62,128 bases of DNA from Candidatus Coatesbacteria bacterium (GTDB lineage Bacteria; RBG-13-66-14; B26-G2; WVWN01): contig CP070633.1 in NCBI GenBank assembly GCA_020356085.1, forward strand, positions 916,525 through 978,652, written 5' to 3'. The translations under genes and the position numbers were made by a program. The notes beneath the pieces are model-generated. The model ran no database searches, was not told the DNA's origin, and saw only the letters and a list, made by a program, of their open reading frames with translations. Shown in pieces: positions 42,729 through 52,386 of the stretch. Position 1 is the first letter of the stretch; every line of letters begins with the position of its first letter.

Positions 42729-44003
42729 TTACGCCGCCGCGCGCCGGCCCGCCCGACACTCGCGGAGGAGCAACGCGACGGCCGCGGCGTACAACAATAA
42801 CGTCGCCCACGTGATGCACTTCAAATCGTAGAACGCCTCGCGCATCGCCGCGCCCCAGACATCGCCCGACGTCAGGCTGTGCGCTATAAACGAAAGCGCG
42901 AGTAACGCGTAGCACGCGATTTTTAGCCCGCGGGAGGGCGTCGCGCGGAGCACGTACAGGACCGCCATATAGGGGAAAACCGTCGCGACGAAGTGGGAGG
43001 GCCAGGAGGCGGGCGAGAGTAACGTTCCGGCGAGGATGATTACGGAGAGTTGCAGGCCGCCGACGGCCGCCTCCGCCGCGCCTTCGGGCTGCCGCCGCCG
43101 GAGGAGATACGGGAAAAAGAACGGCGCGACGAGCAGGACCGTCACGGCCCAGCGTACGTACGGGAACCACGCCGGCCGGTAGAGCGCCAGGCCGCCGGCG
43201 GCGCCGCTCAGCTCCCGCGCGTACACATATATTAACGAGTGGACCGACATGTTGTAGTCGTAGCCGAGGTAGTACGACTCCACCATGCTCGAGCGGACGA
43301 CCTTGACGTACCAGTCCGTAAACAGCGAGGCGTTCCGCTCCCACCCCAATACGGCCGCCGGGCCTATCAACAACACGACGACAACGACGAGCGCGACGAC
43401 GATCGCCGCCCAGCGCCGTCTTACGAACAGGTAAGCCAGCACCGGCGCCGTAATGAGCTTCGTGGCGACGGCGCCGCCGAGCAGCGCGCCTCCCGCGAGC
43501 CACCGCCGCCGCAGCGCGAAATACACGCCCAGCAGCGACAGCGCCCACAGGACGCCGTTGAGGTGGCCGTAGCCGATATTGTCCATCCAGTACCGCGCGC
43601 TGAGCACGGCCGTCGCGAGTACTACCCAGTTGAACCGCCCCTCCCTTAACCGGCCTAGTTTCCGCCGCAACCATCGCCCCAGCGGCTCCGCCGGCTCCTC
43701 CAACAGGTAGAGCGAGACCGCGAAGAGGAGGACGAGCGAGGCGAAGTTCAGCGCGAACCACAGCGTCTCCGCCAGGAGGCGCGGCATTAAATGGAACGGG
43801 ACCATCAGCGCCGCGAAGAACGGCGGATAGAGGTAGCCGCCGCCCACGACGCTGTCGACGTAGGGGTCGCCGCCTGCGAGGACGGCCTCGCCGGCGGCGA
43901 AGAAGAACTTCGTGTCGCCGTGGCGCGTGCAGCGGCCGATTTGGAAGACCGCGAAGACGACCACAAAGGCGACCAGGACGACGCTTATAATGAGGCGTTT
44001 CAT
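42729..44003 (-). CDS. DUF2029/GT87-like polytopic membrane glycosyltransferase
   Basis: The start is taken at MKRLIISVVLVAF. The N-terminal loop ...AGGDPYVDSVVGGGYLYPPFFAALMVPF... is typical of the GT87/DUF2029 family. About 10 TM helices. Confidence 0.6.
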   Translation of the reverse strand: MKRLIISVVLVAFVVVFAVFQIGRCTRHGDTKFFFAAGEAVLAGGDPYVDSVVGGGYLYPPFFAALMVPFHLMPRLLAETLWFALNFASLVLLFAVSLYLLEEPAEPLGRWLRRKLGRLREGRFNWVVLATAVLSARYWMDNIGYGHLNGVLWALSLLGVYFALRRRWLAGGALLGGAVATKLITAPVLAYLFVRRRWAAIVVALVVVVVLLIGPAAVLGWERNASLFTDWYVKVVRSSMVESYYLGYDYNMSVHSLIYVYARELSGAAGGLALYRPAWFPYVRWAVTVLLVAPFFFPYLLRRRQPEGAAEAAVGGLQLSVIILAGTLLSPASWPSHFVATVFPYMAVLYVLRATPSRGLKIACYALLALSFIAHSLTSGDVWGAAMREAFYDLKCITWATLLLYAAAVALLLRECRAGRRAAA

Positions 44004-44241
44004 ATGTCTCTCTCGGCGGGGGGCCCGCGACGGCAAAGTCGGAAGACTAAAACCAACGCTGCCGCGCATAACGTTAAAACGCGCCACCCGGTACGACTAC
44101 GGAGCGAGGCGAGCACGGCGCGCGTTGTCCAACTATAAACTGGGGTTCGGCGCTTAGCCCCTAAGAATTCGACCGCGTCGCCGCTCGCCCACAAACCCGA
44201 TTCGTACCACGCATTAGCTCAACGCGCCCAAGAGCGCCGCG

Positions 44242-45561
44242 TTACGTTCCCAGCCGACCACGGCCCCCGGCATTCCGCCGGAAAGACGTCGCGGCCATAT
44301 TTACGAAGATTACGATCAAAACCGCGCATAATATTAACGCGCCGACGGTGACGAGCCGATACTGGGAACCCCTTATCCCAAACTCCCCCAGGTAATCGCC
44401 GGTCAGGAAGTTGAGTGCCGCCGCGACGGCGGCCATTGCGACCGTAAGAGTCCGAAGCAATCGGGAGCTTAATCCGCCGGCCAGTTTGAATATGGCCGCG
44501 AACGGTAAAAACTCGAGCGTGAAGTAAGTATCCCAGGAAACCGGCGAAATGAGGAGGGCGGCGAGCGCGGTATAAGATATTATCAGGGTATCCAACGAGG
44601 CAAGGCCGGACTTTTTCAGACCCTCGCGCGCGCGCCGTATCGCACGGCGGAGGACGTAAGCCGCCCCGAACAACGGCGCTACTAATAACATGGCCGCGTC
44701 GCGGCTTAGGATCTCGAACGCGTGGGGGCCCAAGCCGCTACGCGTCTGGTCCCAACCCAGGAGGTGGCAATACTTATAGAAGAAAGCTGCAAGCGATTGA
44801 TTGGCGGTTGCGGTATAGAAGTAGCGTCCTAAATGCGCGTAAATAAAGGTTACGTCGTACCACGCGCGGAGGCACTCGATATTCCGTTCCCAACCGTAGA
44901 GGAGCGCCGGGGCGACCCATAGCGCGGCGACGGTTAAACCGGTCGCGACGGCCGCCTTCCAACGCCCCCTCAAAATAAAATACCCCCCGAAGAAGAGGGC
45001 GAATAACTTGGAGGAGGCAGCCACGCCGAGGAGTATGCCCGCCGGCCAAGGTTTGTCGCGCGCGTCGCATACGAGAGCCAACGCCGTTAACGCCCACATA
45101 AACGTGTTTACTTGGCCGCAACGGAGGTCGACCAACCAGAATCGCGCCGTTACCACCACGGCGGCCAAAATCACCCAATCGATCTTCCCCTCCCAAGCCG
45201 CTCCGGCGCAGCCCCGCAACCACGCCGGAAAGCCGGAAGCCGGCCGTTTAACTAAGTACGTGGCGCCGGCGAAGAACAAGACTAAGGATAAAATATTTAC
45301 CAACGTCCACAGGCCGGCCGCCAGCGTTTGAGGGATTAACGATAACGGCGAGAAAATCAGCGCGAAAGCCGGCGAACACCGGTACAGCGACCCTACGCCG
45401 TCGGGGTAGATATCCTCCGTGTACAGGTCGCCCCCCCGCAAAGCCGCCCGCCCGGCGAAATAATATACGCGGAAGTCGTGGTCGCGGCAATAGTACGCCT
45501 CGATTACGACCACGGCTAGCAGCAAGGCTGCCCCGACGACGACTATCACAATTTTCCGCAT
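44242..45561 (-). CDS. DUF2029/GT87-like polytopic membrane glycosyltransferase (paralogue, A/T-richer)
   Basis: 439 aa. The loop ...RGGDLYTEDIYPDGVGSLYRCSPAFALIFSPLSL... has the same architecture as 42729..44003. Confidence 0.6.
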   Translation of the reverse strand: MRKIVIVVVGAALLLAVVVIEAYYCRDHDFRVYYFAGRAALRGGDLYTEDIYPDGVGSLYRCSPAFALIFSPLSLIPQTLAAGLWTLVNILSLVLFFAGATYLVKRPASGFPAWLRGCAGAAWEGKIDWVILAAVVVTARFWLVDLRCGQVNTFMWALTALALVCDARDKPWPAGILLGVAASSKLFALFFGGYFILRGRWKAAVATGLTVAALWVAPALLYGWERNIECLRAWYDVTFIYAHLGRYFYTATANQSLAAFFYKYCHLLGWDQTRSGLGPHAFEILSRDAAMLLVAPLFGAAYVLRRAIRRAREGLKKSGLASLDTLIISYTALAALLISPVSWDTYFTLEFLPFAAIFKLAGGLSSRLLRTLTVAMAAVAAALNFLTGDYLGEFGIRGSQYRLVTVGALILCAVLIVIFVNMAATSFRRNAGGRGRLGT

Positions 45562-45656
45562 TGATTTTAGTTCCGAAGATCTTATGCCGGCAAATCTCAG
45601 TATTTAAAAAAAACGTAAAAAAAGCCGGCGGTCGTGCGCCAGCGCCGTTTTGTCGG

Positions 45657-45682
45657 CAAAAAGCCGCCGCCCTTGCGCGGCG
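45657..45682 (-). terminator. Putative intrinsic terminator after pruA
   Basis: On the minus strand, a 6-bp GC stem (45665..45670 with 45677..45682) is followed 2 nt later by U6. Confidence 0.45.
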
Positions 45683-45789
45683 TAGGATTCCCGAACGCGA
45701 CGCGCTGGCCCGGCCGGCCCGATGCGATCCGACCGAGGGGCCGCCGCATACCTACCCCTCGCCGCGTTTTCGCCTCGCCCGTTCGCCGC

Positions 45790-47394
45790 CTACAACGCCT
45801 CGCTGACGACCTTGGCCTGCGTGAAGAGAAGGAGGTAGTCGCGGCCGCCGGCCTTGGAGTCCGTCCCGGACATGTTGAAGCCGCCGAACGGGTGGACCCC
45901 GACGAGGGCCGCGGTGCACTTGCGATTGAAGTAGAGGTTGCCGACGTGGCACTCGCGCCGGGCGCGTTCGAGATGCGCCCGATTGCTGGAATACACGGCG
46001 CCCGTCAGGCCGAAGACCGTATTGTTGGATATCTTGACGGCGTCGTTGAAGTCGCGGGCGCGGATAAAGGCGAGGACCGGCCCGAAGATTTCCTCCTGGG
46101 CCAGGCGGGCGGTGGGCGCGACGTCGGCCACGATGGTCGGGTTGATGAAGTAGCCCTCCGCGGAGCGCTTGTCGCCTCCCAGCACCAGACGGCCTTCTTT
46201 TTTGCCGATCTCGATATACTCGAGGATTTTGGTTTCGGCCGCGGCGTCGATGACCGGCCCCATGAAGTTGGAGAAATCGCGGGGGTCGCCCACCGTCACC
46301 TTCTCCTTCGTCAGCGCGACGACTTTCTCGAGGACCGTGTCGTATACGTCGTCGGTAACGATAGCGCGCGAACACGCCGAGCACTTCTGGCCCTGGAAGC
46401 CGAACGCGCTGGTCATGATGCCGTGGGCCGCCGCGTCGAGGTCCGCGGAGCCGTCGACGATAATGAAGTCCTTGCCGCCCATCTCGGCGATGACGCGCTT
46501 GATCCAGAGCTGGCTCTTCTTGGCCTTGGCGGCAAGGCGGTTGATGCGGAGACCGACCTCCTGCGAGCCGGTGAAGGCGATGAAACGCGTCTTGGGATGG
46601 CTCACCAGCAGGTCGCCGATGACGCCGCCGGAGCCGGGCAGGAAGTTTACGACGCCCGGCGGCAGGTCGATCTCCTCCAGGATTTCGAAGAACTTGTAGG
46701 CGATGGCGGGGGAGGCGGAGGCGGGCTTGAGGACGACCGTGTTGCCGGCGACGAGGGCCGCGGTCGTCATACCCACCAAAATCGCGCACGGGAAGTTCCA
46801 CGGCGGGATGACGACGCCGACGCCGAGGGGAATATAGTAGAGGTTGTTCTCCTCCCCCGGGTACGGCGTGAGGGGCTGCGGCTCGCCGAGCCGCATCATC
46901 TCGCGGGCGTAGAACTCGCAGAAGTCAATGGCCTCCGCGACGTCGGCGTAGGCCTCGATCCAGTTCTTGCCCTCTTCCACGACCATCCAGGCGGCGAGCT
47001 CGTAGCGGCGCCGGCGCATTACGGCGGCGGCCTTCAATAGGTAGCGAGCGCGCTCTTCCGGCGGCGTCCAGCGCCACTTGTCGAACGCCTTAGTGGCGGC
47101 CGCGAGGGCCTTGCGCGCCGTTTCCGCGTCGCCCTTCGAGAAGACGCCGACGACCTCGCTTGTCCGGGAGGGGTTAATCGAGTTGAATTTGTCGGCGGTC
47201 AGGAGGTGTTCGCCGCCTACGACCAGCGGGTACTCGCGGCCGAACTCGCGCTCCACCTGCTGGAGAGCTTGTTCCATCGCGAGCTTCTGTTCAGGCTCCG
47301 TAAAGAGCACAATGGGTTCGTTGGTAAAGGGCGGGAGCATAGGCGAGCCTCCATTTTTGACGACATTGGGGATCGGCTTATTGTCGAAGGACAC
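45790..47394 (-). CDS. pruA: L-glutamate gamma-semialdehyde (1-pyrroline-5-carboxylate) dehydrogenase
   Basis: 534 aa. It has the aldehyde-dehydrogenase catalytic blocks ([26 protein letters not shown]) and the P5CDH-type N-terminus (FTNEP...F). Confidence 0.88.
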   Translation of the reverse strand: MSFDNKPIPNVVKNGGSPMLPPFTNEPIVLFTEPEQKLAMEQALQQVEREFGREYPLVVGGEHLLTADKFNSINPSRTSEVVGVFSKGDAETARKALAAATKAFDKWRWTPPEERARYLLKAAAVMRRRRYELAAWMVVEEGKNWIEAYADVAEAIDFCEFYAREMMRLGEPQPLTPYPGEENNLYYIPLGVGVVIPPWNFPCAILVGMTTAALVAGNTVVLKPASASPAIAYKFFEILEEIDLPPGVVNFLPGSGGVIGDLLVSHPKTRFIAFTGSQEVGLRINRLAAKAKKSQLWIKRVIAEMGGKDFIIVDGSADLDAAAHGIMTSAFGFQGQKCSACSRAIVTDDVYDTVLEKVVALTKEKVTVGDPRDFSNFMGPVIDAAAETKILEYIEIGKKEGRLVLGGDKRSAEGYFINPTIVADVAPTARLAQEEIFGPVLAFIRARDFNDAVKISNNTVFGLTGAVYSSNRAHLERARRECHVGNLYFNRKCTAALVGVHPFGGFNMSGTDSKAGGRDYLLLFTQAKVVSEAL

Positions 47395-47539
47395 CCATTT
47401 TACGCGGGGGCGTTTGGTTTTTCAAGCAAAATCAGGGGCAGCGGGAGGTTTTGTTTGCGCGGCGGCCGTTATTATGGTACAAACTTTCAATCGCAACGAG
47501 GCGCGGCCGCCTCCCCGCCGGGGCGCCGTCGGATTCAAG

Positions 47540-48979
47540 ATGAACCGAGTTAAAACAGCGCTAAGCACGTTCTGGGGCCAGGTAGCCCTGTTCTGCCTCC
47601 TGACGGCCACGGTGCCGGTGCTCCGCTACTTCCTGCTGCCGATAAAAAACCGGTACCAGCTGAGCCCGTTCTTCTCGTTCGTCGAGCCGTACCTCGGCCC
47701 GTTCACGCTCCTGCCGCTCGTCGCGCTGTTCGCGCTGACGTTGTGCCTGCGCCAGGCGCTGCGGGCGCCCGCCGTCGTGAAGTATACCTACTTCACCGTC
47801 ACTTTCTTCACGTTGACGGTTACCGTCAACGCCGCGCTCGGCGGCCTCCACAACCTCCTCCCGCAGGCGCTGTGGCAATACCTCGCCGACGCGCAGAAAT
47901 TGTACGTCCACGGCAATTTCCTGCGCGACTACCACCTGCACGTCGAGAGCCTGCACTGGCACGCCACGGTCCACCCCGCCGGCGTGTTCCTGTATTTCTA
48001 CCCCCTACTGAGAATCTTCCCGGCCCAATCGCAATGGGTCTGGATCGCGCTCGTTAACGCGTTGCTCGCGGGAACGGGCGCGCTCTTCCTTTATCGCGCC
48101 GCCGGCAACTTATACGGCGAGAAGGCGCGCGCGCCGGCGGCCCTCCTGTACGTTACCGCGCCGAGTCTCCTGCTCTACGGGTCCACGATTGACGCCGTTA
48201 TCGCCGCGTACGGCGCGTTCACGCTCTACCTCCTCTCGCGGTACTTAACGCGCGGCCGACTCCGCGACGGCTTCCTGGCCGGGCTTGCCGTGGCCGGCGG
48301 CGTCTTCCTCGCATACCAGTTCGGCTTTTTCTGGGTTCTCCTCGGCGTCGGCACGGTCCTCGCTCTCCGGTACGCGCCCCCTCCCGCGGCCTCGGAAGGC
48401 TCGCCGGCGGCGAGAGGGAAGCGAGGGTGGCTGGTCGCCTCCGTCGCGGCCGCGGTCGGCGCTTTCGGGGCGTTTTTCGTCGCCCTGTACTTCCTAACAG
48501 GGTTCAATGTCGTCGCGGAGTTCATCCATCAGCTCCGCGCCTCCGAGAAGTACTACGGCTCGGGCGAAAACGTCTGGTATCTTTTCAATCGTTACGTGCT
48601 GGGCGGGCCGGCCTACGAGGGCCCGCACCGCTCGGCGCTAATGTGGATCCCGGGCAATTTCCTCGCGTTCTTCTTCCTGTTGGGGCCGCCGACGACGATA
48701 CTGTTCCTCCGCGACTTATGGCGGCGCCTTAAAGAACGGCCGCCGAGGGCGGCCGGGGCGGTATTCTCTATCGCGGCCGCCGCCAGTTTCCTCCTCATCA
48801 ACTTCTCCGGTTTCACCCTCGCGGAGACGGAACGCGTATGGTTGTTCATGACGCCGTGGTTCCTGGGCGGCGCGGCGTCGTACCTGGAGGAGCGTCGCCC
48901 CGACCTCCTCTTCTCCGTTTTGGCGTTTAACGTCCTGTTAAGCGTTGCTTTCGTAACCTTCTTCCGGCCTATCCGGTAA
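47540..48979 (+). CDS. Polytopic membrane protein (possible GT-C-like)
   Basis: The start is taken at MNRVKTALSTFWG. The upstream part of the ORF track lies antisense to pruA. About 11 TM helices and an HPAGVFLYFYPLL block. Confidence 0.5.
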   Translation: MNRVKTALSTFWGQVALFCLLTATVPVLRYFLLPIKNRYQLSPFFSFVEPYLGPFTLLPLVALFALTLCLRQALRAPAVVKYTYFTVTFFTLTVTVNAALGGLHNLLPQALWQYLADAQKLYVHGNFLRDYHLHVESLHWHATVHPAGVFLYFYPLLRIFPAQSQWVWIALVNALLAGTGALFLYRAAGNLYGEKARAPAALLYVTAPSLLLYGSTIDAVIAAYGAFTLYLLSRYLTRGRLRDGFLAGLAVAGGVFLAYQFGFFWVLLGVGTVLALRYAPPPAASEGSPAARGKRGWLVASVAAAVGAFGAFFVALYFLTGFNVVAEFIHQLRASEKYYGSGENVWYLFNRYVLGGPAYEGPHRSALMWIPGNFLAFFFLLGPPTTILFLRDLWRRLKERPPRAAGAVFSIAAAASFLLINFSGFTLAETERVWLFMTPWFLGGAASYLEERRPDLLFSVLAFNVLLSVAFVTFFRPIR

Positions 48980-49000
48980 CCTCCTCCCCCTCGATAGAAT

Positions 49001-49022
49001 AAAAAAACCCGGCCCAGCCGGG
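49001..49022 (-). terminator. Intrinsic terminator
   Basis: On the minus strand, CCCGGC-UGG-GCCGGG followed by U7, 20 nt downstream of the stop at 49043. Confidence 0.75.
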
Positions 49023-49042
49023 TTCCGAGGCGGAGGAAGGCG

Positions 49043-50278
49043 TTACCGCCGGCGGCGGTCCCCCCGTATCTGCTCCCAACAAAAAGAGGCAAACGCCGCC
49101 GCGAAAATTATCAATATAAAATCGACCGGCAGGCGGAAGCGGAACAGCGGCTTGAGTACGGCGTGGGTTACCAGCGTTATAAGTACCGGCGCTAGGAGCA
49201 CGAACGCCCGCCCTGCCGGCCGGCGGTACCGGAGGATCCCCACCCAGGCGAAAACCAAAAGTGCGCCCGCCGCGGCCGTCAACGGCAACCGTGCGGGGAG
49301 GCGGAGGTCCGGCGCCGGCCGGCACAGCCGGACGAATTTGCCGGGGAGCGACGTCAGAATCGCCCCCGCCTCCCGCCGCCACAACTCCCCGGCCCGCGCC
49401 CGGAAAAAGCGCTCGTACGCCACGTCGGCGCACGGCGTCCCCAGGTAAACGCGCGCCTCCCGCTCGAATTCCGGCGATCGCATCAGCTCGACGGAGGAGG
49501 GGTGCGCGCCCTCGCCGGCGCGGAAATTGCCCTCGTAAAATATCCGCGCGCCGTTGAGCGTCGCTGGCGTGGGGACGCCGAGGAGGCGGTAGTTCCGGTA
49601 GGCCCACATCCCGGTGAGGGCGGCAAAGGCCACGGCCGCCGCCGCGACGACGCGGAGGCGCGTGCGCCACCCGCCGGCCCGAAAGAACGCCAACGCGACG
49701 ACGAGCGGGACGCCCACCGCCAGAAACGACGACCGGCAAAGCGCCGTCGCCGCGAGCAACAATCCCGCGCCCGCTCCGGCCAGCGCGGACCCGCGCGCCG
49801 CGTAATAGTAGACCCACAGCGACGCCGCCAGCAGAAGCGTAGTTAGGGCTTCCGTTAAAACTACGCTCGACGCCCAGATGTAAAACGGGTAGACCGCGAA
49901 GAGAGCCGCGGCCCACGCCGCCACGCGGCCGTCGAAATAGACTCGCGCCGTGAAGTAGACGACGACGGCCGTGGCCGCGCCCACCAGGACTTGCGCCGCC
50001 ACCGCGGAGGCGGGCGCGGCCCCGAATATCTTAAACACGCCGGCGAGGAAGTACGGAAAGACGGGCGGGACCGAACCGAGGAGCCGGCCGTCCGGCAATA
50101 CGTACCCCACGCCGAGGGCGAGGTTCCGCGCCGTCTCGTAGTAATATACCGCGTCGGCCTCGAGGGCGCGCGGCGCCGCGACGGCGTACGCCGCCCGGGC
50201 GAGGAGCGCCGCGCAAAAAAAACCGGCGGGGAGTAGCCATCCCCGCGGGTTCTTCCGGTCTGCTCGGCTCGGCGTCAT
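49043..50278 (-). CDS. GT-C fold membrane glycosyltransferase, ArnT/PMT-like
   Basis: 411-aa polytopic ORF. The first loop has ...ALEADAVYYYETARNLALGVGY..., followed by PPVFPYFLAGVFKIFG, parallel to 154..1500. Confidence 0.7.
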   Translation of the reverse strand: MTPSRADRKNPRGWLLPAGFFCAALLARAAYAVAAPRALEADAVYYYETARNLALGVGYVLPDGRLLGSVPPVFPYFLAGVFKIFGAAPASAVAAQVLVGAATAVVVYFTARVYFDGRVAAWAAALFAVYPFYIWASSVVLTEALTTLLLAASLWVYYYAARGSALAGAGAGLLLAATALCRSSFLAVGVPLVVALAFFRAGGWRTRLRVVAAAAVAFAALTGMWAYRNYRLLGVPTPATLNGARIFYEGNFRAGEGAHPSSVELMRSPEFEREARVYLGTPCADVAYERFFRARAGELWRREAGAILTSLPGKFVRLCRPAPDLRLPARLPLTAAAGALLVFAWVGILRYRRPAGRAFVLLAPVLITLVTHAVLKPLFRFRLPVDFILIIFAAAFASFCWEQIRGDRRRR

Positions 50279-50309
50279 CTCCTCCGTGGGCCGGGGCGCA
50301 CGCCGGCCG

Positions 50310-50972
50310 CTACCCCTCGATTTCCTCCAAGGCTTTCTTGGCCCCCCGGCGGACCTGCTCGTTCTCGTCGCTCTCGGCGAGGCGCCGCAACTTTGCCACC
50401 GCCGCCGTTGCTTTGAGCTTCCGCAACGCGCCGCACGCCTCCAGCCGGACCCATTCGTTCTCGTCGTCGAGCGCGGCGAGGAGTGGCTCCGTCGCCCCCG
50501 CCTCGCCGAGCTCTCCGAGCCCGTACGCCGCGCTCGCGCGGACCTCCGCCACGGGCTCGTCCCGTAGCGCCGCGACCAACGCCTCCAACGCGCGGTTGTC
50601 GCCGATTTTGCCGAGCGCCCCCAAGATGAAGCGCTTAACGCCCGTCTCGGCGTACGGCAGTTTAGCCAGCAGAGGGTCTACGGCGCGGGGGTCGCCGATT
50701 TTGCCCAGGGCCTCGGCGGCGAGAAGTTGGACCTTCGGATCGCTGTCGTCGAGCGCGTCGACGAGGGCCGGCGTAGCGACGTCGAACCCCATGACGCCGA
50801 GGGTGCGGGCCGTGTCGCGGCGCTCCGTTACGTCCTGGCTCTTAAGCAGGTCGAGGAGGTAGTAGATGTCTTGCGGCGGCTTTCGTTCTTCCGCCTCCGC
50901 CGCGATGGCAATGGCGGAGGCAAAGAACATGGCCGCTATTGCCAAACCGTAGTAGGTTGATGGCCGTTTCAT
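50310..50972 (-). CDS. HEAT-repeat (PBS-lyase-type) protein, exported
   Basis: 220 aa with an N-terminal hydrophobic segment. It has 5 or more repeats of the form ALVxALxDxDxxVRxxAAxALGxIGDxRA. Confidence 0.75.
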   Translation of the reverse strand: MKRPSTYYGLAIAAMFFASAIAIAAEAEERKPPQDIYYLLDLLKSQDVTERRDTARTLGVMGFDVATPALVDALDDSDPKVQLLAAEALGKIGDPRAVDPLLAKLPYAETGVKRFILGALGKIGDNRALEALVAALRDEPVAEVRASAAYGLGELGEAGATEPLLAALDDENEWVRLEACGALRKLKATAAVAKLRRLAESDENEQVRRGAKKALEEIEG

Positions 50973-50973
50973 T

Positions 50974-51954
50974 TTAACGTCCGTCGAAAAGGCGGCTTAT
51001 AGACCGGTTGCGGTAGATGGCGTCAATGGCCTCCGCGAAGAGAGGCGCCACGGAGCAGACTTTCACCTTGCCGGCTACGCCGGGCCCCAGCGGAATAGTA
51101 TCGGTAACGAACAGCGCCTCCAACTGACTGTTCTCGATTTTCGCCACGGCGTCGCCCGCCAGGATGGGGTGCGTAACCACGGCGACGACCTCCAACGCGC
51201 CGCGGTCCAACAGCAGGGCGGCGGCCTCCACCAGCGACCCGCCGGTGGATACGATGTCGTCGATCATTACCACGTTTTTACCTTCCACCTCGCCGATTAT
51301 ACTCACCGCTGCCACTTCCGCCGGGCCTTTCCGGTGCTTGTCTACGATCGCGAAGTCGACCGGACCGTCGATACCCGCCTCCTCGCGCATCCGCTCGAGA
51401 CGGCGGGCGAAGTACCGGGCGTTTTTCACGCCGCCGACGTCGGGCGAGGCCACGACGAGCTCTTCATAACCCAACGCCATCACGGCCTTGGCGAAAATCG
51501 GCGCCGCCGTGAGATTGTCGACCGGGATGTCGAAAAAACCCTGGATCTGACCCGCGTGGAGGTCCATCGTCAACAACCGTTCGGCGCCCGCGCGCGTCAA
51601 TAAATCCGCGGCCAACTTCGCCGTAATCGGGACCCGCGGTTGATCCTTCCGGTCTTGACGCGCGTAGCCGTAATACGGCACGACCGCCGTCACGCGGTAC
51701 GCCGAGGCCCGCCGCAACGCGTCGATTATTATCATTAACTCCATCAAATTCTCGTTGACGGGCGTGGAGGTCGGCTGGATTACGAAACAATCGCGGCCGC
51801 GTACGTTGACCTCTACCTTTACGGAAACTTCGCCGTCGGGAAACCTATCAACCGACATCCGCCCCAGCGCCTCACCCAGCGCCTCGGCCACCGCCCGCGC
51901 GAATTCCGGATTACCGGTACCCGCAAATATCAACCGTTGGGGGTCCATCGCCAT
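50974..51954 (-). CDS. prs: Ribose-phosphate pyrophosphokinase
   Basis: 326 aa with the blocks YYGYARQDRK and MDLHAGQIQGFFDIPVDNL, and the PRPP loop VVMIDDIVSTGGSL. Confidence 0.95.
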   Translation of the reverse strand: MAMDPQRLIFAGTGNPEFARAVAEALGEALGRMSVDRFPDGEVSVKVEVNVRGRDCFVIQPTSTPVNENLMELMIIIDALRRASAYRVTAVVPYYGYARQDRKDQPRVPITAKLAADLLTRAGAERLLTMDLHAGQIQGFFDIPVDNLTAAPIFAKAVMALGYEELVVASPDVGGVKNARYFARRLERMREEAGIDGPVDFAIVDKHRKGPAEVAAVSIIGEVEGKNVVMIDDIVSTGGSLVEAAALLLDRGALEVVAVVTHPILAGDAVAKIENSQLEALFVTDTIPLGPGVAGKVKVCSVAPLFAEAIDAIYRNRSISRLFDGR

Positions 51955-51977
51955 CTCCTGCTTTTATAAAGGAAAAT

Positions 51978-52049
51978 CTGGGGCGGGTGGATTCGAACCA
52001 CCGAATGCGGGTTCCAAAGACCCGTGGCTTACCACTTGCCGACGCCCCA
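51978..52049 (-). tRNA. tRNA-Gln (UUG)
   Basis: 72-nt cloverleaf with acceptor UGGGGCG/CGCCCCA, anticodon stem CGGGU/ACCCG, loop CUUUGGA, and T-arm GGUGG-UUCGAAU-CCACC. Confidence 0.9.
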
Positions 52050-52095
52050 GTACTCTCCACTTTTGCGGGGGTAATATTATATATACTAAATATAC

Positions 52096-52124
52096 TATAT
52101 AACTATATGTTGTACTAGTTTCAA
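52096..52124 (-). promoter_or_regulatory. Putative promoter for tRNA-Gln/prs within the A/T-rich tract
   Basis: On the minus strand, TTGAAA, a 17-nt spacer, then TATATA, about 45 nt upstream of the tRNA 5' end. Confidence 0.4.
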
Positions 52125-52359
52125 GTAAAAACCGAATAGCGTGTAGAAAGTAGAGTGCCTATATTGGGGAATACTTCGTACCGAAAGGTTTAGGGCTTAT
52201 GCGGCGCGGGCCGAGGAGTTGTTTAAAATTTGAAAAGAAGAGAGGGCGGAAAGGGGGGAGAACTGGGTAATTGCTGGGAGGAAGGAGGTAGAAAACTGGA
52301 GAGCTTAAGTTTATAAATGGCACGTAAGGAGGAAGCCGCGTCGTTTTCCCCTGTTATTT

Positions 52360-52386
52360 AAAACCCGGCCTTAGTTCGCGGCCGGG
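52360..52386 (-). terminator. Intrinsic terminator overlapping the dnaA stop codon
   Basis: On the minus strand, CCCGGCC-N9-GGCCGGG followed by UUUU. The loop contains the dnaA TAA. Confidence 0.6.

Noticed and set aside
47078-47539. N-terminal extension of the membrane-protein ORF 47078..48979.
   Set aside because: It lies antisense to the 5' part of pruA. The hydrophobic protein begins convincingly at MNRVKTAL (47540).
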